From: an uncultured Eubacteriales bacterium
GTDB lineage: Bacteria > Bacillota > Clostridia > Christensenellales > CAG-138
DNA: 64,000 nt
Direction of reading: 5' to 3'
Assembly (NCBI GenBank): GCA_902787375.1
Contig: CADAGD010000004.1
Coordinates: 28,018-92,017 of the forward strand
Below are positions 58,076-64,000 of this stretch, piece after piece. Within the stretch, counting starts at the first letter, position 1, and each line of letters starts with the position of its first letter. The notes under the pieces are model-generated. The model saw nothing but the letters and a program-made list of their open reading frames with translations. It did not search any database and was not told the origin of the DNA. The translations under genes and the position numbers were made by a program.

Positions 58076-59350
58076 ATGATTAAATGCCCGGAATGCGGGC
58101 GCGAGATATCGCTTGCCGAAGGAATGATCTACTGTCCCTACTGTGCCGCTCAGGCGGCAAGGGGGAAACGCCGCCACAGGGGATGCTTTAAGGCGTTGCT
58201 GTTGGGTATTGGCTGTCTTTTGCTTGCCTGTGCATTGCTGTTTGCTTTTGGCGCGCTTACCGTTTCCAATATGGATAAATCCATGGCGCTGTCCGGGGCA
58301 AAGACGGCGGAGGTTGATCTTTCAATAGAGGATAAGCTCTATTATGTGGGTGATATAGTCAGGGTAAAGACAGAGCTTTATCCTGAAATGGAGGGCATCC
58401 CGCATATCTCATGGAGTTCGTCCGATGAAGCAGTCGCAGTTGTGGATGATATAGGACGCATAGAGTTTGTAGGAAGCGGCAGCGCGGTTATAACGGCGGA
58501 GCTGAATAACGGAGTAAAGGGAAACGTAGAGGTTACGGCATATAAAAAGCCGGAGGCATTAAGCTTTTCGGATATGGAGATAGAGCTTGTCGAGGGCGAA
58601 TCGGTTGAGCTTTCGCCCATAGTGACTCCCGATGACGCCATGTGTGCGCCTTTTGAGTGGGAAAGCTCGGATAAATCCGTTGTAACTGTTGATGAAAACG
58701 GAATTGTCACAGCGGTTTCGGCGGGCAGAGCCGACATAACCGTCAGAACAGCGGAAAAAAGCGCGATGCTGGAGGTCTTTGTATACAAGTATGATTTTGA
58801 CCTGCTTGCTGACCGCATACTGAGAGAGGGCGAGCTTGATGACGAGAGCCGCTGTGTGTTCTATAAGGTGAGCTACGAAGAAACTCCCGATGATGAAGGC
58901 ATGACCGTCTGCAAATATGTCGAGCTTGTCTATTTCCCGGAGGACGGAATAATAACCGTCTGCTGCGACATATATGACAACGCGGTGAATATGTTCTATG
59001 AAACGAATCTTGATTTTGAAAGAGGAAACAAGCGTTACGGGCTTCTTTCATTCCAATGCTCGATAGATAACGGAGAGAACGGACATTCCCATACGACGTT
59101 TTTAACAGCACGGCAACTCACGGCGGGCGGACTTACGGCGCATGGAAATACCAGATTGATGTTTGACAGCTATGCTCCGGGAGATGAAGTAGTTTTCGGC
59201 AGCTTTGATGGGGATGAGCGCATGAGAGATATAGCGCAGCAGGTCGCTTGTTCGATGCTCAAATACAGCCTTGAAACCCTTTCGCAAAAGTGGAAGGACA
59301 TGGACGTCCCCTGCACAATAGAGGACGCACTCGGCATAAAGGGCCTATAA
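58076..59350 (+). CDS. zinc-ribbon / single-TM protein with two Big_2 (bacterial Ig-like) domains
   Basis: CPECG...CPYC, a TM helix, two repeats of the SWSSSDEAVAVVD / WESSDKSVVTVD type, and a C-domain of unknown function. Confidence 0.8.
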   Translation: MIKCPECGREISLAEGMIYCPYCAAQAARGKRRHRGCFKALLLGIGCLLLACALLFAFGALTVSNMDKSMALSGAKTAEVDLSIEDKLYYVGDIVRVKTELYPEMEGIPHISWSSSDEAVAVVDDIGRIEFVGSGSAVITAELNNGVKGNVEVTAYKKPEALSFSDMEIELVEGESVELSPIVTPDDAMCAPFEWESSDKSVVTVDENGIVTAVSAGRADITVRTAEKSAMLEVFVYKYDFDLLADRILREGELDDESRCVFYKVSYEETPDDEGMTVCKYVELVYFPEDGIITVCCDIYDNAVNMFYETNLDFERGNKRYGLLSFQCSIDNGENGHSHTTFLTARQLTAGGLTAHGNTRLMFDSYAPGDEVVFGSFDGDERMRDIAQQVACSMLKYSLETLSQKWKDMDVPCTIEDALGIKGL

Positions 59351-59833
59351 CAGTATTATGCGCCAGCTCTCCTCAAGCGCGTCAAGCCCCATGGCGGCGT
59401 TTGCAGGACTTGTCGAGGGGAGCGCAATGGCGTGAATGCCCGTTTGAGGGTATATGTACCTTTCATAACAGGCGTGGGAGGTTTTCCCGTTGCAGTAAAT
59501 ATTTTTTATCGGAGCCTTCGAGAGAAGCTCCGATATTTTATTCGGCACAACATCCCTTATGCTTGAGTCCGATGAGCCCTCTATGGTGCATGAAGCTATG
59601 CAGTCCCAGAGCGCGATTCCATGCGCAAGCAAGAATGCTCGCCGCCCTTCCGTGTCATCGGGTACTTCACAGCCGTAAAGCCGCTCCATGATACGCCAAA
59701 AGCGGTTGCGCCGATGTCCGTAATAGAACATGACCTCCCGCGACGCGACCGACGGGAATGAGCCGAGTATCAGTATTGTTGAGTTGCCGTCATATACCGG
59801 CGGAAACGGATGGGTTAAACTGCTTCGTTCCAT
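59345..59833 (-). CDS. DNA-deoxyinosine glycosylase (UDG superfamily, hypoxanthine-DNA glycosylase type)
   Basis: ILILGSFPSVAS and FYYGHRRNRFW motifs. ATG at 59833 directly after the NUDIX stop (trimmed from the track start). Confidence 0.8.
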   Translation of the reverse strand: MERSSLTHPFPPVYDGNSTILILGSFPSVASREVMFYYGHRRNRFWRIMERLYGCEVPDDTEGRRAFLLAHGIALWDCIASCTIEGSSDSSIRDVVPNKISELLSKAPIKNIYCNGKTSHACYERYIYPQTGIHAIALPSTSPANAAMGLDALEESWRIILL

Positions 59834-59834
59834 A

Positions 59835-60272
59835 CTATACCTTTCTGCTCCGGTATTCCTCCAACAGATATGGCTGAATATCCGGATATGTCCAAAGTGC
59901 GGGAAGCTCATCGGTGATGATTATGCGCTCTATTTCGCTGTGAAGTTCGGGCTCGAATACTTCGATATCGGCAAAGAATACCATACCGAAAACCTCTCTG
60001 CCGTCGAACTTGTCCGGTGCGGTAACGGAGTACACGAACAGGGGCTGTATGGTAAACTCCAAAGCCCCTGTTTCCTCATACAGCTCCCGACGGGCGGTAA
60101 TGTCTATGGACTCCCCAAACTCCCTGTGTCCGCCGGGCAGCTCCCATGTTTCGCGTTGCTTATGCTTGCAGAATACCCATTTGCCGCGGTGCTTTGCGAT
60201 TATTACCGCGAACTTAAGGGCGGAATCCTCAGCATTGTCATAAAAACGCACCATAACATCAGGCTTGCGCAT
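59835..60272 (-). CDS. NUDIX hydrolase
   Basis: Nudix box GGHREFGESIDITARRELYEETG. Confidence 0.88.
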   Translation of the reverse strand: MRKPDVMVRFYDNAEDSALKFAVIIAKHRGKWVFCKHKQRETWELPGGHREFGESIDITARRELYEETGALEFTIQPLFVYSVTAPDKFDGREVFGMVFFADIEVFEPELHSEIERIIITDELPALWTYPDIQPYLLEEYRSRKV

Positions 60273-60389
60273 AATCGTACCCCCTTATATATTGACGAAT
60301 ACCTGATACGCGGCAGGGATTCGCCTTGCCTATATTATAAAGGAAGGAGCTTATATGCGCAAGTGATTTGACATTACTGCCCGATAAAA

Positions 60390-61247
60390 CTATCGCACAG
60401 TACCTGAAACGGTCAGCGTCACGCTGCCGGGGATTATGGAGGTTGAGCCGTCGGGATTCTGTTCAAAGCTTGCCGCAGGAACCGTGACGACGCCGGCAAC
60501 GGTTGCGAATTCGCCTGTAAGCTCGTCGAACGAATACTCCGTGGGAGCGGCGAGGGCAGCCCCGTCAAGCTGAACTGTTATACCGGATAGAACGGGGGAG
60601 AACGTATCGGTCAGCACAAGATCATAAGTGGCATCCGCGTCAGCGTTGCCCGTGTTCTCGATTACGAATGTATACGTCAGAGTGCCGTTTTCAATGACCT
60701 TGGCAGGACTTATCGCCTTCGTAATGGAAAGCTCAGGCGTGTCGGAAACATGCAGCACAGCCGTATCCGAAAGGGGATTTGATATGGACGGACTCGATGC
60801 ATCAACGGTGCTTGAGATGCTTGAGCCTGCGGCAAGAGGAGCAAACGAGTTTACAATGGTCGTATAGATCAGAACCGCGTTGCTCCCTCCGGGAAGGGAA
60901 ATGTTGCCGAATTCCAGCGGCGATGTCGTTACGATGCTGGGAGTCGGCTGGATAACGCCGTTTATGAAAAGGGATGCTGAACCCTCCTTGTATGTAAGGG
61001 GAATAACGGAAGCTCCGCCGGGCGTTTCGTAAGCACCCAGATTGTCGGTAATCGTAAGGCTCTCTATGGCAGCCTCACCGGAGTTGATAAGGCTTATTGA
61101 GTAGGTTATGCTTTCATCAACGGAATAATTATCCGCAAGCGGGGCTTTGTTAATGCTAAGCGCACCTATTATCTCGCCTGTAACGGTGTTTGATACGGTC
61201 GTTATGCCGTTATATGAAAGCATGGCTTGGTTTGTAAATGCAGCCAT
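60390..61247 (-). CDS. DUF11 / conserved-repeat-domain protein without signal peptide
   Basis: Two repeats of the ITYSISLINSGEA...LTITDNL / LTYTFVIENTGNADA...VLTDTF type. Confidence 0.75.
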   Translation of the reverse strand: MAAFTNQAMLSYNGITTVSNTVTGEIIGALSINKAPLADNYSVDESITYSISLINSGEAAIESLTITDNLGAYETPGGASVIPLTYKEGSASLFINGVIQPTPSIVTTSPLEFGNISLPGGSNAVLIYTTIVNSFAPLAAGSSISSTVDASSPSISNPLSDTAVLHVSDTPELSITKAISPAKVIENGTLTYTFVIENTGNADADATYDLVLTDTFSPVLSGITVQLDGAALAAPTEYSFDELTGEFATVAGVVTVPAASFEQNPDGSTSIIPGSVTLTVSGTVR

Positions 61248-61396
61248 CTTGTCCTCCTTGTGAAATATTGAGATATTGGGAATCTATCCCTTCTTTAATC
61301 TATGTACAACGATGGAGAAATGTGTATTATATATGATTCTGATTAAGAAAAATGATTGCTTTCATGGATTAAGTGTGGTATAATGACGAAACAATC

Positions 61397-61483
61397 GCCG
61401 GTGTGATGGAATTGGCAGACGTGACGGACTCAAAATCCGTTGGTAGCAATACCGTGTGGGTTCGAGTCCCACCACCGGCACCA
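61397..61483 (+). tRNA. tRNA-Leu (anticodon CAA), encoded CCA
   Basis: Acceptor GCCGGTG/CACCGGC, anticodon arm ACGGA-CTCAAAA-TCCGT, long variable arm, GGTTCGAGTCC T-loop, A-CCA 3' end. Confidence 0.93.
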
Positions 61484-61492
61484 AACCAATAT

Positions 61493-61541
61493 AATCCGAA
61501 CCAAGTCTTCTTAGTTGGATATGGGTTCGGATTATTTGTTT
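61493..61541 (+). terminator. stem-loop after tRNA-Leu
   Basis: AATCCGAACC...GGTTCGGATT followed by ATTTGTTT. Confidence 0.6.
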
Positions 61542-61724
61542 ATTTCGAGAGATTTGAGGATACCCATTTCCGCAACGGCGTGGTCAAGCGTCCGGAATCC
61601 AAACCGCGAGGCCCACGGAAACCGAAACGGGGGTGTTCGTGATGGTATAGTCATGAACATTTGCCTCCATTTATGTATGTTATAGCTGATACAAAACTAA
61701 AATTTTCGAAAGGAATCTTTGACT

Positions 61725-61958
61725 ATGAAAAAACTACTTTCCTGCGAGTTCAACATAGATACCGTCTGTGTGGAACTTAAATATGACGACGGTTCGATGA
61801 TCTCGGTTGACTGCACCGCTGTCGAGAATGAACTGGACGCCTCCATGCTCCAGCGCGGCGAATTGGACTGGCTTATCTACAACAAGCCGCTGGAATATGC
61901 CGAGCTTGTCCTAAGCGGCGGCATTGAGGAATATATCAAGCATCGTCTGATGGACTGA
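61725..61958 (+). CDS. small hypothetical protein (DUF6061-like by recall)
   Basis: GAAAGGA RBS plus ATG at 61725, 77 aa. Confidence 0.5.
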   Translation: MKKLLSCEFNIDTVCVELKYDDGSMISVDCTAVENELDASMLQRGELDWLIYNKPLEYAELVLSGGIEEYIKHRLMD

Positions 61959-62150
61959 GCGAATATGCGAACATGGGGCTTAGTGCAACAGCCCCGTCAA
62001 TTCATTTTCAGGCCCCGAATTACTCAGCAAGATCCGAAAGCCGGTTCTCCCGTTTTTTGCGGTGCGGAGCAAAGTTAAAGACTTGTTAAGAATTGATGTG
62101 CTTTAATGATGCCGTAAAATAAACCGCGTGTACAAAAAGAGGTAACGGAT

Positions 62151-64000
62151 ATGATATGGCGCGTTCTGAAAAAAGACCTGACCCGAAAAAGAGTGTTGAA
62201 CTGCATCACTCTGCTGTTCATCATCATGTGTTCCATGTTTGCGGCGGCAAGCGCAAACAACGTCGCCGCCGTAACGCGCGGCATCGATTCCTATTTTGAT
62301 CTGGCGCAGGTTCCTGACGCTGTCGTATATATCAAGGGGGAGACCGATGCGCTGACTGAGATCCGTGCGCTTCCCTCTGTCCGCGAGGTGCAGGAAGATA
62401 CGCATCTCTGCGTATTCGGCTCAAAGTATTTCCGTTTTCAAGGCAAAGCGCTCGACAACTTCATCAACCCCGCGTACATTTACCCCGAGAAGGACCTGCC
62501 GTTCCGCTGCTTCGATGAAGAAAACCGCGTCATCGAACAGGTTCCCGCGGGCTGCTTCTACGCAACGTCACCCTTTACAAACGACACCGATATCCGGGAA
62601 GGCGACGAGGTCACGCTCGAAGTCGGCGATACAAAGCTTACGCTGAAATACCTGGGACTCTTTAAGGGCGCTCTGTTCAATTCCGACATCAGTTTTGCGC
62701 CTCCCCGGCTACTCATTCCTTCCGCCGATTACGATACGCTGGACCGTGAGCCGATGCTTCATCTCTATGACAAACTGACGGACAAAAACTACTACGTGAG
62801 AACCGCGGATCCCGCAGAGCTGATTTCCTACGCGGACAGTCATGAAAAAATATCGGTCTTGACAAAAAACGATTACCGAGCCAATTTCATTTATGATATG
62901 ATCACCGCCTACATCATGATGGCGATCAGCATCCTTCTGATGATTACGGCGTTTGTGGTACTGCACTTTGCGATCGGGTTCACGATCAGCGAGGAGTTCC
63001 GCGAGATCGGCGTGATGAAGGCGGTCGGCATCGACAACGGCAGCATTCGGAGACTGTATATTGTCAAGTATCTCGCGATCGCTGCAATCGGCGCCGCAAT
63101 CGGGTTTTTCTGCTCGATTCCGCTCGGAAACCTGATGTTGAAAACCGCCGTCAAAAACATGGTTCTTTCCAGCACAAACAGCAAGGTTATCGGGCTTTTG
63201 AGCTCCGCTGCCGTGGTCGTCATCATCCTGTTGTTCTGTTACACCTGCACGCGCAGAGTACGGAAGCTTTCGCCGATCGACGCCGTCCGAAACGGTCAGA
63301 CCGGCGAGCGGTTCGGAAGGAAGAGCATTCTCCGTCTGGGCCATTCCAGGCTCCCCTCCACGGTGTTCCTTGCGGCAAACGACATTCTGTCCTCTCCGAA
63401 GCAATTCGGGATCATCACGGCTGTGTTCACGCTCTGCGTGCTGCTGATGATCGTCCTGTCCTGCGCAGCCGTCACGCTGAAAAGCGAAAAGCTCCTGCCC
63501 CTGGTCGGCATTCCTTCCGGTGAAGTTCATGTTCTGGACGCCGAAACACTTGAAAAAGCATTTGCAAAAAGCGACGGCTATCTGGATGTCATCTCGGATA
63601 CGGAAACGCTGCTGAAAGAAAACGGAATCCCGGGCGCCTGCTCGCTCACGATCAGTGCGGAAGCCGAGCTCTTTCGCGGCGATCGGAAAACGGCTACCCG
63701 TGTCAACGCCGTCAAGGGACATACGGAAGGCGCCATCGAAGCCTACAAGGGAAGCACGCCGCAAAAAGAGGATGAGATCATGCTGACGAAGAGCGTGATG
63801 AAAGCCCTCGGCGCGCAGATCGGAGACCGCATCACCGCGCAGATCGGCAGCAGGCAATGCGAATTTATGGTTACGGGAGAGTTCAATTCCTTCAATGGCG
63901 GCGCTTTCCTGTATCGCGATTTTGATTTCCGGGATCAGCTGATCACCGGAAGTATGGGGCTGCAGATTCACTTTGACGGCAATCCCGACGAGGAAACGAT
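62151..64000 (+). CDS. FtsX-family ABC transporter permease (MacB/BceB-like), 3'-truncated by the window end
   Basis: Hand translation from the ATG at 62151 shows no stop through position 64000 (616 codons): N-terminal TM, extracytoplasmic domain, FtsX block (EIGVMKAVG...RRLYIVKYL), further TMs. Absent from the supplied track because it has no in-window stop. Confidence 0.85.
   Translation, partial: MIWRVLKKDLTRKRVLNCITLLFIIMCSMFAAASANNVAAVTRGIDSYFDLAQVPDAVVYIKGETDALTEIRALPSVREVQEDTHLCVFGSKYFRFQGKALDNFINPAYIYPEKDLPFRCFDEENRVIEQVPAGCFYATSPFTNDTDIREGDEVTLEVGDTKLTLKYLGLFKGALFNSDISFAPPRLLIPSADYDTLDREPMLHLYDKLTDKNYYVRTADPAELISYADSHEKISVLTKNDYRANFIYDMITAYIMMAISILLMITAFVVLHFAIGFTISEEFREIGVMKAVGIDNGSIRRLYIVKYLAIAAIGAAIGFFCSIPLGNLMLKTAVKNMVLSSTNSKVIGLLSSAAVVVIILLFCYTCTRRVRKLSPIDAVRNGQTGERFGRKSILRLGHSRLPSTVFLAANDILSSPKQFGIITAVFTLCVLLMIVLSCAAVTLKSEKLLPLVGIPSGEVHVLDAETLEKAFAKSDGYLDVISDTETLLKENGIPGACSLTISAEAELFRGDRKTATRVNAVKGHTEGAIEAYKGSTPQKEDEIMLTKSVMKALGAQIGDRITAQIGSRQCEFMVTGEFNSFNGGAFLYRDFDFRDQLITGSMGLQIHFDGNPDEET

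Noticed and set aside
61537-61662. 40-codon minus-strand ORF with a GGAGG RBS (MTIPSRTPPFRFPWASRFGF...)
   Set aside because: It is very short, has no recognisable motif, and overlaps the tRNA-flanking stem-loop region. There is insufficient evidence to call a gene.
62709-63971. 420-aa minus-strand ORF listed in the track
   Set aside because: It is antisense to the uninterrupted FtsX-permease frame beginning at 62151, which shows recognisable TM/FtsX features. The minus-strand product is Arg/Asp/His-rich with no motifs.

Overview
64-kb chromosomal window from an anaerobic Firmicute of class Clostridia. A dockerin-bearing secreted protein, a trimeric NuoE/NuoF/HydA-type [FeFe]-hydrogenase operon, CIRCE-controlled groESL and heavy ATA-Ile codon use point to a Ruminococcus/Oscillospiraceae-like organism (inference only). 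Housekeeping content: groES-groEL; a tightly packed minus-strand string PBP-ftsK-rimO-pgsA-cinA(C-domain)-recA; guaB; rsmA plus an RsmB/F-like methyltransferase; rpsF-ssb-rpsR; tRNA-Leu(CAA). Accessory content: an envelope-modification cluster (flippase-like TM/GT4 fusion, SGNH lipoprotein, DUF4358-like, MBOAT); a heterodimeric ABC exporter preceded by a leader-peptide/terminator attenuator; two families of tandemly duplicated lipoproteins; and a dockerin protein. Most notable observations: (1) a radical SAM/SPASM enzyme translationally coupled to an acidic, lipobox-bearing repeat protein directly after recA; (2) an isolated phage-virion-like 3-4 gene cassette behind a near-consensus promoter carrying two tandem LexA (GAAC-N4-GTTC) boxes, followed by a hairpin-dense 0.4-kb non-coding region; (3) a core sequence from that region that recurs inside a 92-bp inverted-repeat-bounded element elsewhere in the window; (4) a six-gene sensor/regulator insert inside the hydrogenase operon; (5) a compositional break after tRNA-Leu, where a long FtsX-type permease ORF runs off the window end and is missing from the supplied ORF track. 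No rRNA, CRISPR array, transposase or integrase gene was seen. All homology calls rest on motif recognition by eye; no searches were run.
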